Assembly: GCA_965285935.1 (NCBI GenBank)
Contig: OZ260663.1
Location: forward strand, 35,216,001 to 35,280,000
Reading direction: 5' to 3'
Source of the DNA: Ophelia neglecta
Lineage: Eukaryota
DNA: 64,000 nt
Position numbers and translations under genes: made by a program. Under the pieces are notes generated by a model, which made no database searches, was not told where the DNA came from, and worked only from the letters and a program-made list of their open reading frames with translations. Positions 23,501 through 33,584 of this stretch are shown in pieces (positions within the stretch are counted from its first letter, which is position 1; each line of letters starts with the position of its first letter).

Positions 23501-26500
23501 TACATTCACTACCTAACCGGTTGGTAATTCAATTCAACCGACCTTGGACAGTGATGTGTATAGTGCAGGTACTGTTGTTGCCGTAGTTGTCGGTTGCGGT
23601 GTAGCTGACAGGGGTGGTGCCCAGCGGGAACACCCCTTGCTTGTTGGACCTTTTGATCTTGACGGGCTCTCCGGAGTTGTCACTAAACACGGGCTCTTCC
23701 CATTTCACCACGGCGTCACCGTGCTTCTTGACAAACGGCGGAGGCGATATGCACTTATCAACACGTGGGGCTTGGGTATCTTAAAATATAGTACAAAAAA
23801 AGAAGCATACAACAGGCGAACTATGTTAATTAATTGGTATATACACTAAGCACCAAATGGTTGATTTACAGTGACATTAACTTATAATGACGTTTCATCA
23901 GTTAGTAAGACTTCAATGGTTTTAAGTGATCTATTCTGATCATCTCGGTGTAGGGGGCCATGTGCATCAACTTTATACTGAAAAAAAATATCGTATGTTG
24001 CAGATGAACGGGATCAGGCAGAATAAAAGCGTGTCTGTTTTACTTTTCATAAGTAACATTACTTAGTACTGTCGAGAAGATTTCCTACCATTTCCCCTTT
24101 ACTATAGGGGACCTTTTACATCCCCCTTTGGTCTTGCGTTTAGTGAGACACTTTCATCTATCTCTTAACTTACCCCCTAATGGCCTCATGACTTATTTTA
24201 TCTGTGTCCTACATTGCCCACTGACTCCTTTGTTTGTGATCATGGCATCATGTAAAACTGTCGCTTTGGAATGTTTAATTACTGTTAGGAAGATGGCGAT
24301 TCATGTATGTGGGGTTATGACTGCTGGTTCCTTATAATTATTGCCGATTTATTGGTCTATTCTCGAATAATGAGATGGTTTTGTCTGCCGGGTAAAGAGC
24401 TCCGTATTTACCTCTAACAGTGATATAGAAATTGCACAAGACGCGGTTCTTGCTGTCGTCCTCGGCGATGTATGTGATGACTGTGGAGCCGATAGGGAGC
24501 AGCACAGGTGGCACCATTGCCGGGATAATGGTAACGGTTGGCCGGGCGGTCAGCGAGTTGTCGATGGCAGACGGGACTTTCCAACTCACCAGCGCTGTCG
24601 CCTCCTCCGGGTCAGTGACCGTCATCTGGTCTCGAGGACACGTGATAATCGGCGGTTGTACGTCTGATAAAGCAAAATCTCATTACTAGAATAGTTTACG
24701 TAATTCCTTACGTAAGTAATGATTTTGATAAATCATATACCACAGAATTATACGACATCTTTGTTTTCACAGCTTATTTTTAGAATGCCAGTTTCAGTAA
24801 TTTTTCAATTCCATACATTTACAACCACAACATTTCGCCATGTGAGCAGATACATTATATTTTTAACTTAATATCTCAACGAGTGAGAAACAGGTGATAT
24901 GAATTTATAATGTTATGCGTATAGGGCAATAGCTAAAGATTCGAAACTGAGTCTCCGTATCAAAAATATTAATCGGCAGTTTTTGCCTAAAAACCTAACA
25001 CCAATTCAAGATTTAAGTTCAATTCCTCATTTCTTATACATGAAAATTCGACAAGTAAACAAAATGGGAGGAAGGAAGAGGGTGGAAGGGTTGGGCTGGG
25101 GGACGGTGAATAGGTTTTGTTCGTCAACACCTTGCAATCGTGAAAGTTTGATCAAGAATAATAGAACAATCAACACCCGTGAATTATGAAATGGAATAAG
25201 AACTTGTAGTGTGAACTGTGAACACCTATAATACCCCCCCCCCCCAACCCCACGGATAATAACACCAAGTTCCGATTTAAGAAACTTTCTATTACGTGCA
25301 GTGTTTTACATGTTAAGTTCTATAACAGTTCAGTTATTCTAGCAGTCAGAGACAGTCTCCATAACAGAGAAAATCCTATCCATATATTTTCTTGGAACAA
25401 CAGTTATCTTGTTTCACTTAGTTCGCACTTACCAACACATCTATTGGATGTACTTTGTTTGGGTGTCCATGATCCGTCGCTGCCACAGAGTCTGCTGTGT
25501 GGACCGACCAGCTGGTACCCGAGCGGGCATGCGTACTCACATTTACTCCCAAATCGGGATTTCTCCTTGATGCAAGAGCGGGGTTTGACACGCCCGAACT
25601 CAAGAGCAGGCAGCCTGCTGCACGTTATCTCTGCGGATACAGATACAATGGGATATAACAATACAAGTCTACAACATAAACGTATTCCATCTCCACCACT
25701 GCCATGCAAAGGAAACTAGTGATTTCAGGGTCAGTGGTAAAGGCTAAATGGTCGATTCCACTGTGTGTTACAAGCAACTAGTATGTACTCGTAAATTAAG
25801 AGGGCGGGGCGGGGCGGGGGGGATTGTTTTTTGAAAAAGTTATTGTCCTCGGATGGGATAGTTTTGGGCAAAACAGTCTTGCCAGTCAGAGTGTTCAGAC
25901 ATTTTTTTTCTTTCAACACAGCTCCCAAGGTTTACGAATTTGGCGAACAAAATAGGCGATTTTGGTTAAGACCTTGATAATAGATTTTGCTGTTAGTATG
26001 GACAAATGATGATGAAATGAATAAGAAAAGAGAATAAATGAAACAACATAATAGACTATTGAAAATGTATAATATGCTCATGTGGGATATTGAGAACGAC
26101 AATAACATTTTGGCCATGCATTTCAACATATAAATATGAAGAATACTTCTGACAATTATATAAAAGAACACTACTTTTGACAACATATTGTTATTACAGA
26201 TAGAGTGGTTCACTTTTTTTTACATCAATTAGATTTTCAAATGTATAATCTATCAACTGTTTAATAAATCTCTATTAATAGGCTTATCCTTATTGCCAAA
26301 GTCTGTGTGGGTTAATATAACTATGATAATCACCAAAACTACTTTATCTACATCATCTGAAGAACATTTTAGAAACTCGTCTTAGCCTAAATGTTTTATG
26401 CATGCATATTGCATATTAAATTGATGTTTTGTTTCTTCGGAATTACTTATGTTATTTAAAGGAATTTTGTGTGTTCATTTAATGTGGTACACGCATGTAT

Positions 26501-29500
26501 GAATATTCAATGAAAAAATGAATGAAAAAAAGAAAAGAACAGAGTACATGACCCACCTTTGCACGATGCCCTGAGGTGAGACCAGTAGCTGTTCGGGAGA
26601 CAATGTCGAGTACGGGAGCCTATGAGCTGGTAACCGTCCTCACAGGAGAAACTACAAGTAGTGCCGAATGAGAAGTCCAACTTGGTACATAATATCGTTC
26701 CGTGGTGCGGCCTACGCAAAGGTGCACAATGGCGAACTGTAATAAGAATAAACAGGAACTCTTTTCAAATATCTTTTTCATAATTGTTTTAGTGTTAAGG
26801 CAAGGATGCTGTGACGATATCAAAACAACCATTTTTTGTTGTAGACATGTATATTGAGTATAACATCAAGAAGAGACTTTTATTTATTCGCTTTGCTTGA
26901 ATACGTATGCATAAATTATGATATGTGATTCAGTGTATTGTTGTACACATTTAGATGTTATTTTAATCTACATGGTGATGAAGTCTACATGTATTTCTTA
27001 CGTTCACATTTGGTCGCTTGGCCCGTCCATGATCCGTCTTCTTGACACTGTTTTAGGCTGGTTCCTACAAGCTGATAGCCCTGGTCGCAGACGATACCAC
27101 AGGCGCTGTGCAACACGTTATCACACGGCTCATTGACAAAACGACCGTGTTCAGGGGGACTCAACTCCGGACAGCGAACGGCTGACAGGGACGAGAAGGC
27201 AGATTAGGTTACGATAATGTGAGTAGTTAGCAGATATAAAACAATACGTAATCTTCTCTCACACCAGGAAAATTTGTATTAGAACAAAGTAGTATAGTTT
27301 GCTGACAGCAGTAAATGAATCGCACAATATCACTAAACAAGATTAGCAGCATTCACTCCGTCAAATATATGTTGAGTAAAGTAGTTCAGTAACCGCATGC
27401 GTTGAGCTGAAAAGTTTTACTCTACATACTAGTGTCTCGTGCACCACTGGAGTATTGGAGAAAATATTCAGCAAACATTGGAACACATTAGTGAAGGAGA
27501 AACGGTCTGAAGGACGATAGGTAAAATAGCGTGTTGTCAAAAATTACTTTTCATATCTACTGGGAGGTAGCCTGAGGGATTAACACTGCGTCTGTGCCGT
27601 GAATAATGGGGTGGATCACCTGCGCATGTGTGAACTCCGACCGACCGGAAGCCAGGTGAGCAACGGCACTGCAATATGGATGAACTTCCAGGGGGAGACA
27701 CGTGTTGAACATCCGGGCATGAGATGCAAGAGCTCTCATCGCCGGGACCAGGGTCGGATTTGAACGTCCCTGGGGGACACGCTACAAACATAAGGCAACA
27801 TACTTACATGTTTTCTCCTAAAAGATATCAAAAGTGATGACTTAATCATAAGAACTATTAAAGACCGAATATATTACTATATATAGCCCTATTATTATTC
27901 CTTTATCTCACCATTAAGGCTGGTTACTTTCGCAAACCACAAACTATATATATATGTTTCTTACCAATACAACTATTCCTCATGCCATTGCCATAGTAAC
28001 CAGCACGGCAGACACACTCGTATATCCCGGTGTGAGTGCCACAGCTACAGTGTGCCATTTGATCACAACATCCCTCCCCGCCATGACGACACAGAGTATT
28101 ACAGCGTTCATTGGTCTGGATTAAATAGGTCCCCACCTTGATATCTACACAGAACAAGCGACACCGGAAATCGTTAATACTATCTCCCAATTGACATATT
28201 ACAAACAGTTAATAGGCTTAATAGGCCTACAGCACTTGACTGTGATTGGTCGGGTTATTATCAAGAAATAAAAGCCGGGTTATTAAGAAAATGATTAACT
28301 TAATAATGAAGGCGGTCAAAGCTATAAAACTAGATAAAGTCGGTATTGGGAAACCAACAAGTCAATTGGAAATCTTAGACTATGGATGTTGTTAGCTTAT
28401 TTGCTAACCATACATTCATTTGGAATTTATTTATAAGAAAGAAGTCTAGCAATTAAACTCAGAACCTATATTTGAGGGAGTTTATCCAGAATAATGGGCA
28501 GTTACAAAAAATAAGTAGAGATAGTAATTATAATTTTACCAACCATAGGTTGAAAAGTCTTTGAACATGATGTGAATAAATATCATTGTTATGATATATA
28601 AAGCAGTGATAAAGTGAGACTAGGTGATAATGTCACATTTTTGCATACTACTCATGTTTCCAACCAAATAAGACATGTACCCTCGTGCAGGGCTCTTCTG
28701 GCTAGAGCCTCAAATTCATCAAAGCTATCCAGAATGTACAGGTGTTCATCTTTAGGGCTGGACGCCATTTCGTAAAGTTCGCTACAGTTTCCATTCCGTA
28801 TACCGAACGTGAACATCTGTACGTCCCCATCGGTGATATCCCGGGCCGCCGGGATAGGGTTACCGCCATTGGAGTAGCCGTCCGTGATCAGAAACACAGC
28901 CTTCATCGAATCAGGTCGCGAATATTTCAGAACTTCCTTTGGACGAAAAAGACCTGACATTTAATTTTTTTTTAAATCGAGTGGCTTCAGGCGTTTCCTA
29001 ATATAACAAAACCACACACTTTTTCTAAAGCAGCTATCATAGGCGTTTGACAGGTTTACCTATTTCACGGATGCGGGCATCGTGTTTAGCTTTTTTCCGG
29101 GTACGGGAATTTGCGGGCATTTACATAGAAACGTACATGCCTGCATACGATATCTGACTCTAACCCCTTCCCAAACCAAAACGTAACAGACTGTTTGCCT
29201 GCACTATATACCCACAACAGCACATTAACAGATATATTGGCAGAAAATATTACAGGACTCGGATATAGACTACAATCTTGTTTAATTGCTTTGAAATATT
29301 GGGTGTACAGTAAAACCTGGCCTAAAGAACACCTGACAATTAGGGACACCCTGACTATTAAGGACATTTATTTTAGTACAGTTGTTATACTTAACATGTA
29401 AAGTAACCTCTGAAATAAGGACAACTGAGAAAAGAGGACATATTTCCCAGTTCCTTGGCTGTCCCTAATTGTCAGGTTTCACTGGATATAAATGCACATC

Positions 29501-32500
29501 AACCTATAGTACTATGCGTTCACATTGGTCCATCAATACATATGGGGCCTATACATAAAAAGCAGTAACATTTATGTAGGCTGTGTCCAGGATCTTCAAA
29601 CCCACGGTCCTGTCGCGCTGTGGGTTAAATTAGCACACAGTCCATTCTAGAACAAGAGCAGCGTCTAAATAAACCAAACCTTTCCACTACTAACATAAAA
29701 ATGAAATGGAAAATTGAAATTGGCTGCAAACAAAGTAACGTGGCAGGTCTGGCCAGTATGGTTGAATATTTCTGTAAACTTTCGCAAAAAATGTTTCTTG
29801 TATTTAAAAAGTTTTATTTTATTTAAACTTAGGTTGTTGCTCTTGGTGCTAATGAGAAGCGTGGATCAGTAGAGGGTCGGAAAGGGAGGGGGGGGGGGTG
29901 GGGGGATGGGGTTGCTCTGATGATTTTTGACATGTAAACTGTGTTGCAATATGATACGGCCACTTTTTTCTATTCGTTGGTGGGGGGGGGGGGGGGGGGG
30001 GTTGAGATGGGGAAAGAAGAAATATCCCTAGGGAGGGGGGGGGGGGGGCAACTTTTGGCTGTTGATATACATTTGATATTTATTTATTTGAACGACAGTC
30101 ATCAAAATCAGCTGGTGCAATTGTTAGGCGCCGAGACGGGCGGTGCTCAGATATTGCTACAATAATCACAAAACTTTATTCTTCATCCCTTTTCTTCAGT
30201 CTTTTCTGCGCAGTAGTGCAACTTGTGAGAGCTTCCGATTGTCTCGTTCAATTGATTACAGCATGAAAACTAGGTTGAGCGTTTTTCCACAGCTGAGCAT
30301 GGAACGTGTGTGATGGCGGTGAAACCTCCCCGACAGATAAGACACCCGTGGCTGCACTTGAGAAGTGACACTTTGCGAGATAGCACCGAGTGTGTTGTGT
30401 TCACAAGAACACAGCGCGGGATCCGACATACACGAGCAGACGACCTGATTAGACCAACCCACTTCACTAAAACATCCTCAATCCTCCTCAGACTTATTCA
30501 ACCAACAATGCTGAGCTAATCAGTTTATTACCTACTCGAGAACCCCACGGCCTGCTACAGTTTTAAAACCAGCTTTGCATGCTGGCCTCGTTTATCGTTG
30601 TCTTCTTAGAATGCTTTGTGTTTTTATGAAAGGCGACAGCAAAAGCCGTGGTAGAACCATCTTTGTAATAAAAAAAAATGTACAATATCAGTATTTTTAT
30701 AGTTCAACCCTACCCTTTTCATCCTAATTTTGTATTGGGTATTTTATAAGGTGTGCACCATTTGCAAAATGCGGAGGGAAATGTTACAAGATTTTGGCAA
30801 AAAAGTAAATATTCATATTTCGAGAAATAAAGATGTTCACAAGTTCAGGCATCTTCTCGCAATGCATGTTTGCAAAAATGAATGGCAGGTTGAGGCCGCG
30901 CGAGAGAAAAAATAATTGGCCGCCAACATAACACCTAGCCCCCTCCCAAATTCTAATGGTGCGTCCATTAATGGGTTAAAAGAGGGTCCCGGGGGAGGGG
31001 GCTTGGATGCCCCCCCCCCCCACCTATTGCGTCAAGTCAAACTATACAAAACAGGGTAGGAACCTTAGGAAGTCACCCCGACCGTATATTTGACCCCCCC
31101 CCCCCCCCTCCTCCTCCTCGTGACAGTGTAATTTATGCCCATCACAGTGTCCCATGTATTTGGTTGTGGCTCTACCGTCGAGGTTTCTTTCCTACGAAGG
31201 CGGGTTGCGATGTTTTCTTGATTACTGACTTGTCTTTGTCGGCCGAGTATCCGCTCCCCCATTTTAGGTCATGACCTCCCGTCCCCGTTCCCACCAACCA
31301 ATCAGGGGATGCAAGAATTATTAGTACACGCCCACGGAATGCTTTTTTCATAAAACTGAATGAGCCCCTGCTTCGTTGATGGGAGAAGGGTTGATTTCGT
31401 GTTCAGTTTTTGATCAATAATGATAATCCTATCGAGCTGTTACTGTTGGTAAAGTTCTAGAATCGTCTTCACGGTTTGTTTATCTTACTATCTACGGTTT
31501 GTGCTGTGTTCTTTATTGAATGTGATAGTTATGCAGGGTCGCACCAGGCTCTACAACTGTCTACTAGTCATAGCATTTCAATTATTTGCATAATACTTTA
31601 GTGTATGGGAGCTCGAGATTGATGTTGTGATATGTGAGGGCAAATGTCTGCTGGGTTATGACGATTTCAGAAAGAATTAACTGTTGACTTAATTAATGAT
31701 GCATGCATTGTCTGCAGGGTATCCAGATCGGTTTTTTACTGTCTCTATTATTAATTCTGAAAATCTGCTGCGATAAAGGTCTGTTTTTGCACCCATGTTG
31801 ATTTTATTTTTGTAAAAGTATCCATTTACCCACAATATAATTGGCAAGGTCTTATCCTCTTCCGGCAGTGTATAAGATGTTAGTTTGCACTGAACTTTTG
31901 AGCAGGGTTTGTGAAGTGCAAGAGAGGATTTGACCTATTTAGCAATTTCTGCGTCAGAATGGTCACTGGTCGGCATGTAAGGGACTATCTACTTGCAGGC
32001 GACTTGAGAACAATGGTTGTGAGGCATATCAGGAAATGTAATGGCATAGAAAATACAATTCCTGGTATATTTATAACAGTAGGTATAGAGGCAGGCTCTC
32101 TTGACTCTTTTTGCCTCAACAAACACTCAATCAGTATAAGTGTAAGAGACCAATGTCACTTTCGCCACTGCTTTCTCTTCCGCCGTTAACACAAAGTTTC
32201 CTAAGAAGCAACATGATTCCATAACCCTGCAACCCTGTCAAAATCCACATCATACAGCCCTATATTATAGACTCTATAAGACCATTCACCTATTTCTATT
32301 GATGCAAGACCCACTTAGCGTGTTCGCCAAGGTAGCTCTCTTCGATAAATAATGGGTTTTCTGTGTTTTTAAACATCAAACGACGGTCCAGCCTGTGACT
32401 AAACTATTAGTATCAAGATTTACTGATAGCTTTTATTTTCTTCTAAACAAACCTGTGTGTGCCTGCCACAACTACTTAGTTGGGATTGAATAAGCTGTAT

Positions 32501-33584
32501 ACTAGGGCTAGCGAGGTCTCAATTACTTTATCGCGTTGACGGCGGAAGCCTTGAAGTATTGAAGGCTACTCTTTGTGAGTATTTACTCCCCCTCTTAAAT
32601 TACCGGCTGAATCGATGTAAGGTATATTCCCATGTTCTTGCTTAGCCCAAGCATAATATGGGGTCAAGTGTGGGTATCATGATATTAATGGTGATAATAG
32701 CACGACGTTTCAACAAATGATGGATACATTACAGTTAAAATGTATTTTTGACTCTGTACAATTTTAAAACACTACATGAATGACCATATAACACATTATA
32801 AATGACTTCTAGCCATGTCTTTCCACATTCCCCATTTTAGTGTGTCACTGGGCAGGCCTTAGTAATTTAGCAGATTATCTGACACGTGAAGTATAACTTA
32901 CAGTGCTTGGATACAACGTTTGATTAATAGAATCCCGGCACCGGAACATACTCAAGAACATACAAGTCCTGAATTCACGCCCTGAGTCCCCACCCTCTGA
33001 AAAGTTGTACTGACCTTTGCCTCGAGAACAGCGCCCAGGGTGTGGGTGCTTCCCCCTGTATAGTTATTGCTGATTCGGGGTAGCTCTTCTTCAAGCAGTG
33101 AGCATTTGTGGTGGTCGCTAGATGGCGCGGTCATGTGATCAATTCCCCGGATGACAAAACTTTTCGACGAAAAAGTAATAACGGCGACCCTGGTCGTATG
33201 TCTGTCGACAGTGAAGTCTGCCAATAGCTTTTTAACAAACTTCAACTCATTTTTAAAATTTGCCAATCCTACACTCCCTGAGGCGTCCACCAGAAATATC
33301 AAATCCACCTTTCTGTTAGCAGTCCGTCTTAGTTCCTGAATGTGTTTTTTAAGAGTCTCGCCGAGGATGTCGACCTTGATTTTAGTGTGTGTCCCGTCTT
33401 GATTAACGTATTGGCTTCCGCCGCCATATTTTTCACGGCAAAACAGTTTTCCTGGACTATCCAACTGATTATAATCAAAAGAGTGCGCTCCTTCGCCAGA
33501 AATTATATTTGATTTTGGTTGAAGTTGGGCTCTGAGACCCAAGATCACAGATATTGATAAAATCACACGCCAAACAACCTTCAT
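2502..33584 (-). CDS. SVEP1: Sushi, von Willebrand factor type A, EGF and pentraxin domain-containing protein 1 (polydom)-like gene; whole span, 37 coding exons, about 4605 aa
   Basis: Domain order vWA / Cys-rich / CCPx3 / HYRx2 / CCP / ephrin-rec-like x3 / EGFx6 / pentraxin / long CCP array / EGFx3 is diagnostic of SVEP1. All exons join in frame through GT-AG introns; summed CDS is 13,818 nt, divisible by 3. Confidence 0.95.
3085..3178 (-). CDS. SVEP1: SVEP1-like exon 36: last EGF (not in ORF track)
   Basis: [31 protein letters not shown]; either donor TT|gtaggt or read-through to an in-frame TAG at 3081-3083. Confidence 0.85.
3323..3418 (-). CDS. SVEP1: SVEP1-like exon 35: C-terminal EGF (not in ORF track)
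   Basis: [32 protein letters not shown]; 96 nt, phase 1-1. Confidence 0.9.
3551..3646 (-). CDS. SVEP1: SVEP1-like exon 34: C-terminal EGF (not in ORF track)
   Basis: [32 protein letters not shown]; 96 nt, phase 1-1. Confidence 0.9.
4044..4214 (-). CDS. SVEP1: SVEP1-like exon 33: last CCP
   Basis: VYCGKPP...[11 protein letters not shown]...[14 protein letters not shown]. Confidence 0.9.
4942..5045. repeat. Degenerate (TAGG/TATG)n tetranucleotide microsatellite in SVEP1 intron 32
   Basis: ggtaggtggtcaggtaggtagggagtagatagg...gtatgtaggtaggtgggtatgtatg. Confidence 0.75.
5258..5437 (-). CDS. SVEP1: SVEP1-like exon 32: CCP
   Basis: LYCEQP...[11 protein letters not shown]...WSAVTASCQ. Confidence 0.9.
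5549..5722 (-). CDS. SVEP1: SVEP1-like exon 31: CCP
   Basis: [12 protein letters not shown]...[11 protein letters not shown]...WSTATPKCV. Confidence 0.9.
6066..8671 (-). CDS. SVEP1: SVEP1-like exon 30: 2,606-nt exon encoding 14.5 CCP modules
   Basis: Frame is open from the ttttccag| acceptor at 8671 through the 802-aa ORF; G|gtagt donor; phase 2-1. Confidence 0.95.
8830..13957 (-). CDS. SVEP1: SVEP1-like exon 29: giant 5,128-nt exon encoding 28.5 tandem CCP modules
   Basis: 1701-aa ORF of C-P..G..C..GY/F..G..C..W..P.C repeats; ctccag| acceptor, AA|gtaagt donor; phase 1-2. Confidence 0.95.
14047..14241 (-). CDS. SVEP1: SVEP1-like exon 28: CCP
   Basis: [12 protein letters not shown]...[13 protein letters not shown]...WSSSPPRCL. 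Confidence 0.9.
14335..14502 (-). CDS. SVEP1: SVEP1-like exon 27: CCP
   Basis: [11 protein letters not shown]...[10 protein letters not shown]...WVGEKPLCT. Confidence 0.9.
14604..14843 (-). CDS. SVEP1: SVEP1-like exon 26: pentraxin part 3
   Basis: [18 protein letters not shown]...[17 protein letters not shown]...GNVLAWPDF. Confidence 0.92.
14963..15135 (-). CDS. SVEP1: SVEP1-like exon 25: pentraxin part 2 (not in ORF track)
   Basis: [41 protein letters not shown]..., a pentraxin signature variant; phase 2-1. Confidence 0.9.
15366..15582 (-). CDS. SVEP1: SVEP1-like exon 24: pentraxin part 1
   Basis: FDLMF...[13 protein letters not shown]...GTPFSYA...[10 protein letters not shown]; phase 1-2. 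Confidence 0.9.
16022..16179 (-). CDS. SVEP1: SVEP1-like exon 23: EGF5/EGF6
   Basis: [31 protein letters not shown]...[14 protein letters not shown]; phase 2-1. Confidence 0.9.
16433..16560 (-). CDS. SVEP1: SVEP1-like exon 22: EGF4/EGF5 (not in ORF track)
   Basis: [42 protein letters not shown]; phase 0-2. Confidence 0.88.
16706..16779 (-). CDS. SVEP1: SVEP1-like exon 21: EGF4 N-part
   Basis: [25 protein letters not shown]; phase 1-0. Confidence 0.88.
17021..17101. repeat. 30-bp inverted repeat (hairpin) in SVEP1 intron 20
   Basis: catcgtctaattctgcacagtaagtagcct / aggctacttactgctcggaattagacgatg, 21-nt loop. Confidence 0.85.
17343..17456 (-). CDS. SVEP1: SVEP1-like exon 20: Ca-binding EGF3
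   Basis: [38 protein letters not shown]; 114 nt. Confidence 0.9.
18428..18541 (-). CDS. SVEP1: SVEP1-like exon 19: Ca-binding EGF2
   Basis: [38 protein letters not shown]; 114 nt. Confidence 0.9.
18730..18925 (-). CDS. SVEP1: SVEP1-like exon 18: end of Cys repeat and EGF1
   Basis: [14 protein letters not shown]...[15 protein letters not shown]...CHCLSGWT; phase 0-1. Confidence 0.9.
19457..19572 (-). CDS. SVEP1: SVEP1-like exon 17: ephrin-receptor-like repeat, N-part (not in ORF track)
   Basis: [39 protein letters not shown]; phase 1-0. Confidence 0.88.
19748..19909 (-). CDS. SVEP1: SVEP1-like exon 16: ephrin-receptor-like repeat
   Basis: [26 protein letters not shown]...CLQCP...VQDCG. Confidence 0.9.
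20556..20717 (-). CDS. SVEP1: SVEP1-like exon 15: ephrin-receptor-like repeat
   Basis: VNCPGGTYF...[22 protein letters not shown]...DDCK. Confidence 0.9.
20924..21148 (-). CDS. SVEP1: SVEP1-like exon 14: linker
   Basis: [12 protein letters not shown]...[15 protein letters not shown]; phase 1-1. Confidence 0.8.
21278..21466 (-). CDS. SVEP1: SVEP1-like exon 13: linker with polybasic motif
   Basis: DIPNAIPSF...[11 protein letters not shown]...VQLSFELH; phase 1-1. Confidence 0.8.
21645..21726 (-). CDS. SVEP1: SVEP1-like exon 12: linker (not in ORF track)
   Basis: Strong ttttgttttttag acceptor; [27 protein letters not shown]; phase 0-1 bridges exons 11 and 13. An alternative in-phase donor would end the exon at 21654. 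Confidence 0.72.
22285..22409 (-). CDS. SVEP1: SVEP1-like exon 11: linker
   Basis: [42 protein letters not shown]; phase 1-0. Confidence 0.8.
23089..23283 (-). CDS. SVEP1: SVEP1-like exon 10: CCP4
   Basis: [16 protein letters not shown]...[11 protein letters not shown]...[13 protein letters not shown]. Confidence 0.9.
23543..23779 (-). CDS. SVEP1: SVEP1-like exon 9: HYR domain 2
   Basis: [13 protein letters not shown]...[11 protein letters not shown]...[29 protein letters not shown]. Confidence 0.9.
24412..24663 (-). CDS. SVEP1: SVEP1-like exon 8: HYR domain 1
   Basis: [13 protein letters not shown]...[12 protein letters not shown]...[27 protein letters not shown]. Confidence 0.9.
25433..25630 (-). 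CDS. SVEP1: SVEP1-like exon 7: CCP3
   Basis: EITCSRLP...[13 protein letters not shown]...[12 protein letters not shown]; phase 1-1. Confidence 0.9.
26557..26736 (-). CDS. SVEP1: SVEP1-like exon 6: CCP2
   Basis: [12 protein letters not shown]...[13 protein letters not shown]...WSHLRASCK; phase 1-1. Confidence 0.9.
27002..27181 (-). CDS. SVEP1: SVEP1-like exon 5: CCP1 (not in ORF track)
   Basis: Hand translation [59 protein letters not shown]; cag| and |gtaag. Confidence 0.9.
27620..27781 (-). CDS. SVEP1: SVEP1-like exon 4: ephrin-receptor-like Cys repeat
   Basis: [23 protein letters not shown]...QCRCSPGF; phase 1-1. Confidence 0.9.
27965..28144 (-). CDS. SVEP1: SVEP1-like exon 3: Cys-rich/EGF-like
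   Basis: [27 protein letters not shown]; phase 1-1. Confidence 0.9.
28681..28936 (-). CDS. SVEP1: SVEP1-like exon 2: C-half of vWA
   Basis: [25 protein letters not shown]...[11 protein letters not shown]; aag| acceptor, G|gtac donor. Confidence 0.92.
29308..29484. mobile_element. Pogo/Tigger-type (Tc1/mariner superfamily) MITE in SVEP1 intron 1
   Basis: Termini TA|CAGTAAAACCTG...CAGGTTTCACTG; sub-terminal inverted cctgacaattagggaca / tgtccctaattgtcagg; internal aggaca repeats; right TA target-site copy is mutated. Confidence 0.75.
29884..30048 (+). repeat. Cluster of poly-G tracts in SVEP1 intron 1
   Basis: G-runs near 29884-29911, 29982-30001 and 30030-30047. Confidence 0.8.
33015..33584 (-). 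CDS. SVEP1: SVEP1-like exon 1: signal peptide and N-half of vWA
   Basis: [20 protein letters not shown] signal-like N-terminus; [19 protein letters not shown] DxSxS; donor AAG|gtcagt, phase 0. Confidence 0.9.
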
